Shown: one piece after another, positions 38,390-50,725 of the stretch
Numbering within the stretch: position 1 is the stretch's first letter
Layout of the letters: the number at the start of each line of letters is the position of its first letter
Assembly: GCA_964016885.1 (NCBI GenBank)
Contig: OZ024752.1
Span: forward strand, 16,988,001-17,052,000
Direction of reading: 5' to 3'
Source of the DNA: Eledone cirrhosa
Taxonomy: Eukaryota
Length of the DNA: 64,000 bases
The notes under the pieces: model-generated
Told to the model about the DNA's origin: nothing
Database searches by the model: none
The model's input: only the letters and a program-made list of their open reading frames with translations
Position numbers and translations under genes: made by a program

Positions 38390-39305
38390 TCCCAGCTGTA
38401 ACCGCAAAAAGCGGGGGGAATGCCCACTGAGCGGGAAGTGCCTCGTTTAATACATTATATACCAGTACGATGTCACAGCCGGTCGGATGAATACACCTAT
38501 ATAGGCGCGACCTCGACTACATTTAAAGAGCGTTTGTACAACCACAAAAGCTCTTTCAACCACAGACCTAAGCGTTCCCAAACCAGTCGGGCCGATTTAA
38601 TCTGGAACCTCAAAGATAGGAATCTGAAATACCAGATCAAATGGTCCGTTTGGAGACGCATGGCCCAACTTTCCAGCAGAGGAAGCCACTGCAGGTTGTG
38701 CCTGGCAGAATCGGTAGAAATCATTAAATTAAAATCGGTCATTAATTTGAGATCGGAAATCCTCATAAACTGCAGACACACCGAAAAGCATAATTCTCTG
38801 CCATGGTATATGGGCAGTAACCACAGACCGACCAAAACTTAACCACCTGAAATTAGACAACGATAGACACAACATCCTAGTAACTGCTAACTTTATCATC
38901 GTCTCCATTACTACTGTTACGTTCATTACAATTGATGTTCTTGTTAATATTACATTGCATCCTTTATCATGTCCCTCATCACTAAACATATCACCGTATA
39001 TCCACAACTCTCAACCACACTAACACATACCACATACCCTTAAGGCACACACAAACCAGCAGCGCCATGCACATCACCCCAATTGATTTCATCACTTCCA
39101 TTTGTATTACCAATTTCATCACCGTTATTTAACATTACAGGGGCGGTGGATTGGCAGGTTCTTTCTATTTCAAGGTTAACGCTTGAAATAGAAGGAACAT
39201 GGTCTTATCGTTTCGGTCGCTTGTCCTTCATCAAAAGAAAGTATGTTAAATAAGATAAACTGAAGGGTGAATGCAGCGATTCTTTGCATAAACTTTAATC
39301 TGTTA

Positions 39306-39313
<8 letters not shown>
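38390..39313 (+). mobile_element. PLE 3' fragment: GIY-YIG endonuclease with CxxC/CRH tail (possibly Naiad-type)
   Basis: YIGATSTTFKERLYNHKSSF..IWNLK..IKW..CRLCLAE..INLRSE..NCRH. The 3' boundary is approximate. Confidence 0.72.
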
Positions 39314-39347
<34 letters not shown>

Positions 39348-39379
39348 ATCAAAAGATGGTTAAAAGAGTTCCAAGTATT

Positions 39380-39442
39380 TTATTATGCGCATTTCAAAAA
39401 CATATATCATCATGGGATGATATCTGCGTTCTCATCAGATAA
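39380..39442 (-). ncRNA. Type I hammerhead
   Basis: Minus strand: ttat-CTGATGA-gaac..atatcatc/gatgatat..gttttt-GAAA-tgcgca-TA-ataa. Confidence 0.6.
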
Positions 39443-39592
39443 AATAGGGAGACATGAGCTGAAGCTTAAAAAACACTTGTGAGCAGCGAGGTTTTAAATC
39501 AACATATCTTATATTAGTTATACCCCAGTCCTAGAGTGCTACTTATCCGATATTTGCATTGCTTTATTGTGCTACAATAAAATTCACCTCCT

Positions 39593-39624
<32 letters not shown>

Positions 39625-39885
39625 TTCGTTTTCTGAATTTGTTTAGCAAGATTCTTTATCTGAAAACGTGTGTTGAAACCGATATTGTTATACTTTGGGA
39701 GGGTCATGTTGCCAATAAGAAACACACGTACCAGTTGCTTTCACTCCAATTTATTATAAATCAAGAAATTTTTTCAAAAAAAAAAAAAAGAATTTATGTA
39801 AAAGAATTTATTTTTTATTTTTTTTTTTTTAAATTTATAAATTTCCGGTTGGTTGGTTCCACAACCGGATGGTTGTTCATATATT

Positions 39886-39928
39886 GTCAAAGTTATTTCG
39901 TCACACATTGTGTGACCTCTTCAGTGAC
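39886..39928 (-). ncRNA. Minimal hammerhead, relative of the 22630 motif
   Basis: Minus strand: gtca-CTGAAGA-g-gtcacac-aat-gtgtgac-GAAA-taac-TT-tgac. Flank 39660-39710 resembles 19997-20053. Confidence 0.68.
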
Positions 39929-40072
39929 TGGCGATTTCTTTCTTTGTTTTGTGCCAGTCCTTTGTTCCGTCCTACGCCATCTTGTTTTTGTATATATAGT
40001 AATAATAATAAATTTGAATAATTCTTTGCTTAAACTTTAATCTGTTATTTTAATAAATAAATAAATAAATAA

Positions 40073-40221
<149 letters not shown>

Positions 40222-40369
40222 TAACAGATTAAAGTTTAAGCAAAGCCGCAATTCTTTGCTTAAACTTAATGTGTTATTTTAAATATTTGCTCTAGGGTTC
40301 TTATATATTTGATATATATTTATGCTTATCGAGCCCTCTTTGGAGTTTAGTCTTCTCATTTATTATTAT

Positions 40370-40431
<62 letters not shown>

Positions 40432-40439
40432 TATAAAGC

Positions 40440-41010
40440 ATGTCCATAGAATCATTCGATAATATATATACACCATTTCCTCTCCCAATTAGCATAATCA
40501 ACCACACAAAAAAACAATTAAACCAGGCTATAAGATTAAAAGCACCTATGAAGAAATTGTAGATAGATAAACGACAGCCATCTATTAGCGATCAACCGCT
40601 ATAGAATATTTACCCAACATTTCAATAGCACGTGGAAATCGATTAAATATACCTTCAACCATACACAATTAGGTATAAAATTAAAGTTAGAAGAAAAAAT
40701 GCATATACACATACCAGGATTACGTTTCTACCCTTAGGGTTTCGTTCGCTTTCGGAAATATCCTATCAAGGATAAATTCTCGAGCTTCGAACTCATCAGG
40801 AAACAAACTCACTTGGACAAAGATTTTTCTTAAATGATCCCCGCCAGAAACGAATTCAAAATGGCTAAGAACTGTGACGTGGCAGTGGTCAAGTCAGAAA
40901 GAATGTGATTGGTGCCTTACGACGAGTGGGCTAGTTGCTAGAAAGCGCAGCCCAATATTGCCCAAATTGCATCTCAACCTTATGGGAGATTATCAAATAT
41001 AAAGATTTAC
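40440..41010 (-). mobile_element. Diverged family-B monomer
   Basis: Colinear similarity to the family-B monomer (e.g. ccatttcctctcc, cgtggcagtggtcaag, gcgcagcccaatat). Confidence 0.75.
40724..40804 (-). ncRNA. Hammerhead, diverged family B
   Basis: Minus strand: gtttc-CTGATGA-gttcg..cgaac-GAAA-ccctaaggg-TA-gaaac. All three helices pair. Confidence 0.8.
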
Positions 41011-42293
41011 ATATACACAAACTATATATATATATATGTGTGTGTGTGTATATATGTGTAGATATGTGTATGTGCGTGTGTATATGTAAGTGTATGTATG
41101 TGTGAGTGTGTGTATGTGTGTGTATGAATATGTATGTGGGCTGTAATTATCTATACATGTAGGGAAGTGAATATGTGACCAAGCATGTCGCTCCACCCAC
41201 ACATCCCCTCCCAAACCAATATCACCATCGTACATTTCTGACAAATATTCCCAAACTATCCTGAATTTTCTCTTTGCTGTCATCCCATTCTTATCAAAAG
41301 ACAAGTATCTTACACCTCATTAAAACCCCCCCACCACCAGACAAACACCTAAATTCATCTTTAATATAGAAAATTGTAGAAGTTATTCTTCATAAATTTA
41401 AGGTAGTTGATTCAGCTATAAGAAAAGAATTTGAAAAACATCCTGCCATTATATTCATCACAGGTCATTTATTGAAATGTAACCCGCAGGAGGAGACTTT
41501 TACAGTCCCTTTCCTAAACAGTCTTTAAACAACCCAACACCACTCCCAATTATCTTGCTGTTACCATTCACTATTTTCTGTATATGTATCTGTTAGACAC
41601 GCAGTGACTAACAACAGAATGTTTTAAGTCTGCATGTTGTATGAAAATATATGCGTAGTTTGTGAATAAAAGATTCAAGGGGTATTGCTGGCCGTGGCGA
41701 TTCCTTCCAAACATGTTTTGTAATGTATCGTCTTATTGGCTAATTTCATCGTCTTATTGGCTAATCAACCAATGAGAGTAATTGTTGCTCAAAAGCGTTT
41801 TGTTTGCACGTTTATTTATCGTTTCGCTTTCGAATCTTCCTCATGTATTTTGTCGTTTTATCATCAAAATATTTTTCTCGTTTTGGTAAGTTATATTGTT
41901 AATTTATATATGAATTTTTAAATTTATATTAACTATTTTTTTTCAGTTCGTTATAACATGCTTAGAATATTGGTTGTATCATATTTACTTGTATATATGT
42001 CCATATTATTGTTCGTTTTATGTTAGATTATTTTATTATTATTATGTTAGATTATTTTTTTATTATTATGTTAGACTATTTGTATGTAATATTTAATTTT
42101 TATTAATTCAACTATAACAATTATTATGTAAAATATATTTATTTAATATTGATTGTTTTTTGTAGTTGTTTATATTAAAAGTCTCAAAATATTTTTATAC
42201 ATCTTACAATAATATTTATAAGATCATTTATAAAATAACAATTATATAAACTAATTACATTACAACAATAATTTATTATTAATATATATCATT

Positions 42294-42488
42294 AAGGGCG
42301 GTGAATTGGCAGTATCGGTAGAGGGTTGGACGCCATGCTTTCTAGCATAGTTACGTCCCTTTACGGTTTGAGTTCAAATCCCGCTGAGGTTAACTTTGCC
42401 TTTCATCCTTACGGGGTCGATAAAATAAAGTACCAGTAATGTACTGGTAATTTGCTGGCCTTGTGCCTAAAGTAGAAACAATTATTAA
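42294..42488 (+). mobile_element. Full-length SINE (tRNA-like head, conserved central core, AT-rich tail)
   Basis: A-box-like tggcagtatcgg, B box gagttcaaatc, core cctttcatccttacggggtcgataaaataaagtaccag; several copies in the window. Confidence 0.8.
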
Positions 42489-42819
42489 TATATATCATGT
42501 TTAACTAGAATTATTACAAGCGTTGCCTTAAAAAGATATTAAACTAGACCTGAAAAATGCGCAAGCTCAAAAGAGCCACAACATGTTATAATAAAATTTC
42601 AAAAGTGTGGGACTAGAGTTGTTGCTCAAAAATATTGTAATCATTATCTATCGTACACTCTGTGGCATCCTTTTATAAAAAAAGAGACTCATAACGAACT
42701 CAAGATGACACGATAATTATTTAAGTGAATTTATAATATAGAATTCGGTTTAAGTGCATTTCGTATTAATCATTACTAAACATCTAATATGAGATATTGA
42801 ACATTAGCTTAAATAATTA

Positions 42820-45125
42820 TCGTGTCGTTGTGAGGCGGCGAGATGTACAGGATCTGTGCAGTGTTCGTGTGATGCGTGGGGCAGAGTGTTGGACCGACCA
42901 TCGTCTGGTGAGAGCAAGAGCAAGATGTGTAGTTCGTAAAAGGGAGAAACGGCGAGGGGTATCACTTCCGAAACGGCTGAACGTTGCCCGTCTGAAGGAT
43001 CCTGAAGTCAGAGAAAATCTGGTTAAAAAGATGAATGCGTTAGAGTGCGGAAATGACTGGACTTCCTTTAAGGAGGCAGTTTATGGGGCATGTGCTGATG
43101 TTGTTGGATTCACGGATAAGAAGCATCAGGATTGGTTTGACCAAAATGACAAGCTTATAGACAAGCTTTTGGAGGAGAAATATATGCTCCACTCCGCATT
43201 GCTTGGTAGTGATTTAAGTACCGATCGGCAGAAGGCAATCGCTGATAAGCTGAAGCTCGTAAAAGCTGATGTGCAACGAAAATTGCGTGAAATGAAGAAT
43301 AAATGGTGGAATGACAAAGCCGATGAAATACAACTTGCGTCGGATGTGAAGGACGTTAAGGCAATGTATAATCTTCTTCGTGAAGTGTATGGACCACCTA
43401 CATCACCAGTTGCGCCTCTTAGGACAAAGGATGGCAATCAGCTCCTTAGAGATCCCAATGATATCCTGTTGAGATGGCGGGAACACTTTGACGAGCTTCT
43501 CAATAGGGATTCAGAGGTTGACGAAGAGTTTATCAGGTCCATACCTGATAAGCCAGTAAAGGAAATCCTTGCTGAGCCTCCAACGATCGAGGAGGTTAAA
43601 AGTTCTGTCAGGAAACTCAACGGTGGGAAGTCGTCCGGATTGGATGGGCTGTATGCTGAGATCTTGAAGCACGGTGGAGAGAATCTCTTGCACCGACTTC
43701 ATTCTTTGGTTCTGGATGCCTGGAACAACAATCATGTTCCCAATGACTGGAAGGATGCTGTGATGGTTGTTTTGTACAAGGGAAAGGGAGACAGGGATAA
43801 CTGCGGAAACTATCGTGGAATATCACTGTTGTATGTTGTCGGCAAAGTAGTTCTCTGTAGAATTCTGTTGGGCTGTTTGTTGCTCCACATTGCTGATGAA
43901 ACTCTACCAGAGTCGCAGTCGGGCTTTTGGGCTGGGCGTGGCACTGTGGACATGATCTTTACAGCCAGACAACTGCAGGAAAAGTGTGTTGAGCAAAATA
44001 TGGATCTCTACCAGGTGTTTGTTGGTCTGACAAAGGCGTTTGACACGGTCAACAGAAAGGCTTTATGGGATATCTTGAGGAAGCTGGGGTGCCCTGAGAA
44101 TTTTTTTTTCCATTTTGCGTTTGTTTCATGATGACATGAAGGCATAGGTAAATGTTGGTGGAAAGTTCTCTGAGCCGGTGACGGTCGAGAATGGAGTCAA
44201 ACAGGGTGACATTCCAGCTCCAACGCTCTTTGCTTTTTACTTCTCCATTGTCTTCGAACAGGCCTTCGGGAACTGCAATCATGGTATATATGTTCGCTAT
44301 CGATCAACTGTAAAGCTGTTTAATACCAGGAGGTTCAATGCTAAGTCAAAGGTTCACTTGTCTCTAATCAGGGATTTGCTTTATGCAGATGACTGTGACC
44401 TGGTAGCGCACACTGAGATTGATATGCAGCATCTCATGGATGCATTTTCTAATGCGTGTACTGCATTGGGACTTACCATAAGCCTGAAAAAGACAGTAGC
44501 CATGTACCAACCAGCCCCTGGGAAGCCATGTTGTGAGCGCAACATCTTGGTTTATGGTGAAAGGCTAAGGGTCGTTGGCAGTTTTGTATATCTTGGAAGC
44601 ACTCTGAGTATGTCCTGCGATCTTGATGGGGAAATATCAAACAGGATACAGAAAGCCAGTGATGCTTTTGGAAAACTGAACAAGCGTCTCTGGTCTCAAC
44701 ATGGAATTTCGGTAAAGACAAAGCTCAAAGTATCATGCGTGTGTGCTCGCGGCACTTCTTTATGCTTGTGAGACGTGGGTGGTCTACCGTAGACAGATGA
44801 AGCGACTTGAGAGGTTCCACCAGTACTGCTTACGTCGGATCCTCGGCATAACTTGGCAAATGTTTGTCAGTGACGTCGAGGTTCTGGACAGAAGTGGCTG
44901 TGATAGTGTCAAGTCCTTGATTTTGAAACATCAGCTGCGTTGGACAGGCCATCTTATAAGGATGAATGACAAGCGAATGCCGAAGCAGCTGCTTTATGGC
45001 GAGCTCCAAATGGGGAAAAGGAACGCGAGCAAACCCAAGATGCGTTTTAAGGACTGCATCAAGGGGGCGCTCAAGAAAAGTAACATCCCTTGTGAGCACT
45101 GGGAAGCATGCGCTAGCGACCGATC
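42820..45125 (+). mobile_element. RTE (BovB-like) LINE, 5'-truncated and frameshifted
   Basis: ECWTDHRLV, KHQDWFD, NYRGISLL, GVKQGDIPAP, LLYADD, LLYACETW, QLRWTGH. Frameshifts near 44105 and 44735. Confidence 0.88.
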
Positions 45126-46101
45126 GCTTCCCACCTACATTAGTGATCCCCTCTGGCTTCTCAACATTCTTTACTACATATTTTGTTTTAGTCTCATTCA
45201 TTATCAGCCCCACACTCATCGACACAGTCTCAACCTCCTGCATCAAATCCTCTGCCTCCTTCACTGTATTTGTCACCAAAACTATGTCGTCGGCAAATTC
45301 AGCATCCGATATCTTTTTCGCCTTAACTCTCCTGCTCTGAGCCGGTGTTACAGTAAAGCCAGAGTCCTGGTGTTTCTCCAGTGCAAGGCGCATACAATAG
45401 TCCACTATGATGATAAAAATATCAGGTAGATCAGGCGGCTGTTTGAAGAACTGGATATTGAGACAGAGCCCTTCACCAGAGAGGAGCTTCAGAGAGCCAA
45501 GAAGATCAAGGAGGGCAAGGCTCATGGAGAAGATGGAGTGGCATCAGAGGTAATGAAGAGGTGTGATTTTGATGATATCATCCTGGGGTTCTGTAACCAG
45601 GCACTGGATAAAGGAGTTGCCCCGAATCAGTGGAGGATCAGTGGCATCGTCCCAGTGCCAAAGAAGGGAGATCTCTCTGGCACCAACAACTACCGGGGGA
45701 TCTCACTGACGTCACTTGTGGCAAAGACCCTCAACAGGATGATTCTTAACAGGATCCAGCCTGAGATGAAGAAGAAGCTCAGGGACAACCAGAACGACTT
45801 CAGAGCAGGAAGATCAACCACCAGTCACATCCTGATGCTGAGGAGGATATTAGAGGGAGCTAGAGCAAAGTGCCTTCCTGCGGTCATGGTTTTCATTGAC
45901 TTTAGGAAGGCCTTTGATTTTGTGGACCGTCACTGCCTGATGAAGATCTTACAGGCTTCAGGAATCCCAAAGAAGATAGTGGACCTGATATCACTGCTCT
46001 ACACCAACACCAAAGCCCAAGTCATTACACCTGATGGGAGTTCTTTGAGATACTGGCTGGAGTGCTCCAGGGAGATACATTGGCTCCTTATCATCGTAGT
46101 G
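45126..46101. mobile_element. Internally inverted fragment of the 16603-19912 RTE family inserted in the BovB-like element
   Basis: 45127-45420 is the reverse complement of about 19032-19325; 45429-46101 matches about 18359-19048. Confidence 0.88.
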
Positions 46102-46377
46102 AACTTTTTATGTATGTCTATTTATCTATCTATTGATGTACGCATATATATATATATATAATTATTTCTATTTTTGGCACAAGGCAAGCAATTATCTCAG
46201 TGCATTACTGATACTTTATTTTGTCGACCCCGTAAGGATAATAAGAACAAAGTAGAGGTTTTACATACGAGATTTATTGCTTAACCCAGTTATCTTTCCC
46301 AGGCAGCTCGCTCGTGATCTGGGTTCATCATCCCAGACCAGACTCCAAGTCTGCCTGATCCTCAGACCAGTGTTAAC

Positions 46378-46750
46378 ACATCGAAAAGGAAGGTAAGGAA
46401 AAGAGACTGCTCTAAACTGCCTGCTGTTGAACATCATCTGGTTTTCCAGCACTGTGGTCGAGTCTGCCTGAATAAAACTGGTTTGACTAGACACGAACAA
46501 AGTCATATCAGTAGACCTTATGTAGATTATGTCCTGAAAAGGTGTAAAGAATGTGGCAAGAAGTGTGCTAGCATGGGAGGTCTTAAAATACACATGAGAA
46601 CACACAGCCAGAACAAAGCAATGGAAAGTCCCGGAGGAGCCTATAGCTGCCAAGTATGTGCCAGAGGGTGCACATTTTTGGCTGGTTTGAAAAGCCACAT
46701 TCGTGCCTCACATTTGGCTATGCTTGATCATGAGTTTGCGGCCATCATGT
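46378..46750 (+). mobile_element. RTE 3' end encoding three C2H2 zinc fingers, likely the continuation of the BovB-like element
   Basis: KRKVRK..FQHCGRVCLNKTGLTRHEQSH..CKECGKKCASMGGLKIHMRTH..CQVCARGCTFLAGLKSHIRASH, then an (ATGT)-type tail. Confidence 0.7.
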
Positions 46751-46961
46751 ATGTGTGTATGTGTATATGTGTGTGTGTATGTAGGTATGCATGTAAGTCT
46801 GCTTGTGTGTGTGCGCGCGCGTGCATGTATGCATGCATATTCGTAACAAGACTAACTATTTAACTTTAAAAAATATGAATCTCTTTCTCTCTCTCTTTGT
46901 CTCTATATCTCTTTATGCATGCATATATGTGTGTATGTATGCATCTCTCTCTTTCTCCCCC

Positions 46962-47034
<73 letters not shown>

Positions 47035-47067
47035 CGTGTGTGTGTGCGTGCATGTGTCTGTATGTAT

Positions 47068-48668
47068 GTTAGGTCGCTCTTCAGCGCTACTGGTAATAGG
47101 TAACCCAGTACAACCTGTTCATGGTTGGATCGTCGGCGACTAAAACTGCAAGTTCGCCCAGCTTGATTGGTGAGGAGGAGGATTTTGGACACCCTGCGAG
47201 ATGCAAAACAAAACCCGTCAAAGGGTGGGAATCAGGAGTATAAACGGCCATCCAAGAAAGTATTTTTTAAGGGGGGGGGGTGGAAGGAGAGAGCCCTCGT
47301 CTTAATTAAGACATCTCTCTGGAAGGTCACTCTGATATAAAACCTGCGACATCGTTTGCATCCAATGGTGTAGACCAGTTCTATTTTTTGAGTAAATGTA
47401 TTCGATGTTCAGAGGGTGGGATTGGCTCCGTGCACAGTCTTTCCTCACTTAAGAAAGTTTCAAGCCCCGGCATCGCTTGATATGTGACATTTTTTGTGAT
47501 GCATGGTATTGCTGGCCATAGGCAGGTCCCTAGCAGGACTAAAAAGCTACGTCCGTGATATTCATGCTTAAGTTTCAAGCGATGGCATTACGCGAAATCG
47601 AGTTTCATGTATGTATGTATGTATGTATGTATGTATGTATGTATGTATGTATGTATGTATGTATGTATGTATGTATGTATGTATGTATTGGGTAAGAGAG
47701 TGCGACTGGCTTTGTGCAGTGCCTTTGCTCACTATAAAAGCTTCACGGCACAGGCATTGCTTTATATCTGGAGATCTCTCTGCACTTGTCGTCACATGGT
47801 ACAATGGGCCCAGCACTATGTGTCAATAATTGTCACAAGTGTAGTGTTTGTACCAGAGTTTTCAAGTCGCTGGCTGGACTAAAAAGTCACACTCGTTCAG
47901 CGCATCGGTAGGGGTTCTCCTACATGGATATAAAGTAGTGGCCGTACTCGAAAACGAGTTGGCAGCCACCATGTATGTATGTATGTATGTATGTATGTAT
48001 GTATGTATGTATGTATGTATGTATGTATGTTATCTACTGGTAACATGTATCCCAGTACAACCTGCCTCATGGTCGGGTCGTTGGCGACTAAACTGGCAAC
48101 CCCACCAAGGTTTCTTGGTGAGGAGGGTGACTTTGGACATCCTGCAGGACTAAAAACAAAACCTGTCAAAGGGCAAAGGAGCTCTTAAGAGTCAATGGCC
48201 ATCCAAAATCACCGGGAGAGATGACCCCTTAGCCTTGTCTGATATAACACCTGCAACCCTGATGGTATCCAATGATGTTGACTTGTTCTTCTTTTTGGTA
48301 AATATCATCTTGGTTAAGAGAGTGGGACTGGCTTTGTGCAGTGCCTTTGCTCACTATAAAAGCTTCACGGCACAGGCATTGCTTTATATCTGGAGATCTC
48401 TCTACACTTGTAGTCACATGGTACCATGGGCCCAGCACTATGTCTCAATAATTGTCACAAGTGTAGTGTTTGTACCAGAGTTTTCAAGTCACTGGCTGGA
48501 CTAAAAAGTCACACTTGTTCAGCGCATCGGTAGGGTATCTCCTACATGGATATAAAGTAGTGGCCGTACTCGAAAACGAGTTGGCAGCCACTATGTATGT
48601 ATGTATGTATGTATGTATGTATGTATGTATGTATGTATGTATGTATGTATGTATGTATGTATGTATGT
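47068..48668 (+). mobile_element. Head-to-tail chain of three short non-autonomous RTE derivatives separated by (ATGT)n
   Basis: Units about 47068-47606 (diverged), 47690-47970 (5'-truncated) and 48030-48592, each followed by (ATGT)n. Confidence 0.75.
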
Positions 48669-49365
48669 TCTTCTGGTTTTATAATTTCATAAGGTTTTAC
48701 CAATAGAGAGAGAGTCGGTTTCTAACATAGACACAAGGCTCTCTCATTGGAATTTACACAACATCAACTAGGTAGATATGTATGCATGCATGCGTAGATA
48801 TGGATGTTATTGTATGTGTGGATGTGTATGTTTTGAGTTGTATGTGTGCATGTGTATATGCTTTTTATCTGTACATGTGTATAAGCAGTTATTAGATGCA
48901 AAATATTTGGAATGTTTTACATATTCTTTACTGTTCTATTAATGGATTGTACTTGTAGTTTCCTAACTAGTTGTTCTTTCTGTTCCTGTGAAGCCTAGCT
49001 TCTCAAGATTTGTATTGAGGCAGTTACTAACATATGCCAGTGCTCCAATAATCACAGGCATAAATCTGAAGGTGTAATCAGGGTGGAGTATCTGCAGATT
49101 TCTCATCAGTTCTGCATAAATATTCTCCTTTTCACTCATCTTTGATATTATATTGGCATCTGCTAGGCAGCTAATTTCCACTACTGTGTATGTTTTCTTT
49201 TCCCTTTCCCATATCATAATATCTAGTCTGTTATGCCTGCATTTTATTGGGGTTTTTACTGGAACATTTCACCAGTACTCTTTCATATTATGTACATATG
49301 TCTTCCACATTGCTGTAGCTTTTAATGTGTTTATTATCGGGGCTATCTTTTTTACGAACTGCATT
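48669..49365 (-). mobile_element. 3' fragment of Dong/R4-like LINE (same family as 60670-64000)
   Basis: MIWERE..VVEISC..KENIY..PVIIGALA. Matches 63873-64000 and 54287-54738, and ends in (CATA)n. Confidence 0.8.
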
Positions 49366-49468
49366 GTATGTATGTATGTGTGTGTGTAAGCATGTATTCA
49401 TGTGTGGTGCAAGCTGAACTATCGAAGATATACCCAAATTATAGATATTGTTCAGGTGTTTTGCAACC

Positions 49469-49474
49469 TTTATT
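49469..49474 (-). promoter_or_regulatory. Candidate polyadenylation signal of the fucosyltransferase
   Basis: AATAAA on the minus strand, 7 nt after the stop codon. Confidence 0.4.
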
Positions 49475-49481
49475 CATATAA

Positions 49482-50725
49482 CTAAAGACGAATCCATTGT
49501 GGCAGAAAATAATCATTATAGTCAGCACTGTACGCATTTCGAAGTCCGGATTTTTCTTTAGCTGGTGGGAAAAAGTAAGTAACTTTTCCTTTACATAAGA
49601 ATCCAGCCCACCAGCTGAAACTACCTATAGAAGAAATCAAATGATCACTGCTAGATAGAATAGCCATATCTTCTGTTGCTGAGTTACCCTTTACAAAATA
49701 AGTACTATTGTCAAATATATTTTTTTCACACCATGGTATACCATTAGAACAAACAATAAATATCACATTTTTATAATGAGATCGAAACCATTCTTTTGCC
49801 TTTATGAAATATTCCTTTGTAGCCACGTTATGTCCATGAGAGTTGTTAACCATATCACCACGTCGTACATGTATTCCCACCAACGTCCAGTTCTTTATTG
49901 ATGTATTTATAGAAATGTTTTCATGAGTTTTAACAAAGTTCCTTAGAATTCTAACAGCTTTCTGTTTAATGTTCTTTTTAAAAGTGAACTGGGAATGGAT
50001 TTCGTCGAATATGTGTTCAAAATACTTGTAAGACTGTAAATATGTTCCAATAATAATATTGTTATTATTACTAATATTAAAGAAACTAGGATCAAAAGAA
50101 CTGGCATGGTGTTCATATTTTCTTTTAGCCTTATTGCAAGAAGATTTATTTTTCTCAAAACCGTATATATTAAATATTTTTTGTAAATTTATGTCATCAT
50201 TACGAATAGTCACATTCATATTTTTTAGTCTTGCTAAACCTAAACCCGTTGCAAAAATAAACATTTGATTACCCAACCTTCCAATTAAATTGATGCACAC
50301 GTATTTTTGTGTAGTTCTTTGTCTTTCCAAACTTGTAGTATTATTGTAGGTAGGTGGTTGAGTGCTTGTTGTTCGTGTTTCCAAACTTGTTGTGTTATGG
50401 TAGGTAGGTGGTTGAGTACTTGTTGTTCGTGTTTCCAAACTTGTAGTGTTATGGTAGGTAGGTGGTTGAGTGCTTGTTCGTGTTTCCAAACTTGTAGTGT
50501 TATGGTAGGTAGGTGGTTGAGTAGATGTTATACGTTTCTTCAACATGGTCGTCTTAAGAAGAGTAGACGGTGTGGTGAACTTTTCCAATTTGCTATTTCT
50601 TATAAAATTGACTGGTGATTTGAAATTAACTATTCTTTGTTGAATTCCGGTGAAGGGAATTCCCATAAAGACAAAATACAGGGAAACAACAGCCAACATA
50701 CAAAGCCATAGAAACTTGCGTTGAT
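49482..50725 (-). CDS. Galactoside alpha-1,2-fucosyltransferase (CAZy GT11, FUT1/FUT2-like), main coding exon
   Basis: TM segment FLWLCMLAVVSLYFVFMG, S/T/P stem, then GRLGNQMF, GTYLQSYKYF, VGIHVRRGDM, DMAILSSSDHLISSIGSFSWWAGFL, DYFLPQW. A pyrimidine tract plus CAG acceptor precedes 50725; an in-frame ATG at 50810 is the unspliced alternative. Confidence 0.92.
50318..50530 (-). repeat. Coding tandem repeat, 4 x about 54 bp (TTSTQPPTYHNTTSLETR)
   Basis: Visible in both DNA and protein. Confidence 0.92.

Noticed and set aside
39203-39238. Hammerhead-like motif on the minus strand
   Set aside because: C3 is replaced by U and helices II/III are poor; at most a decayed copy.
46483-46863. Host C2H2 zinc-finger gene
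   Set aside because: No TGEKP linkers, no ATG start, ends in an RTE-type tail and follows an interrupted RTE.
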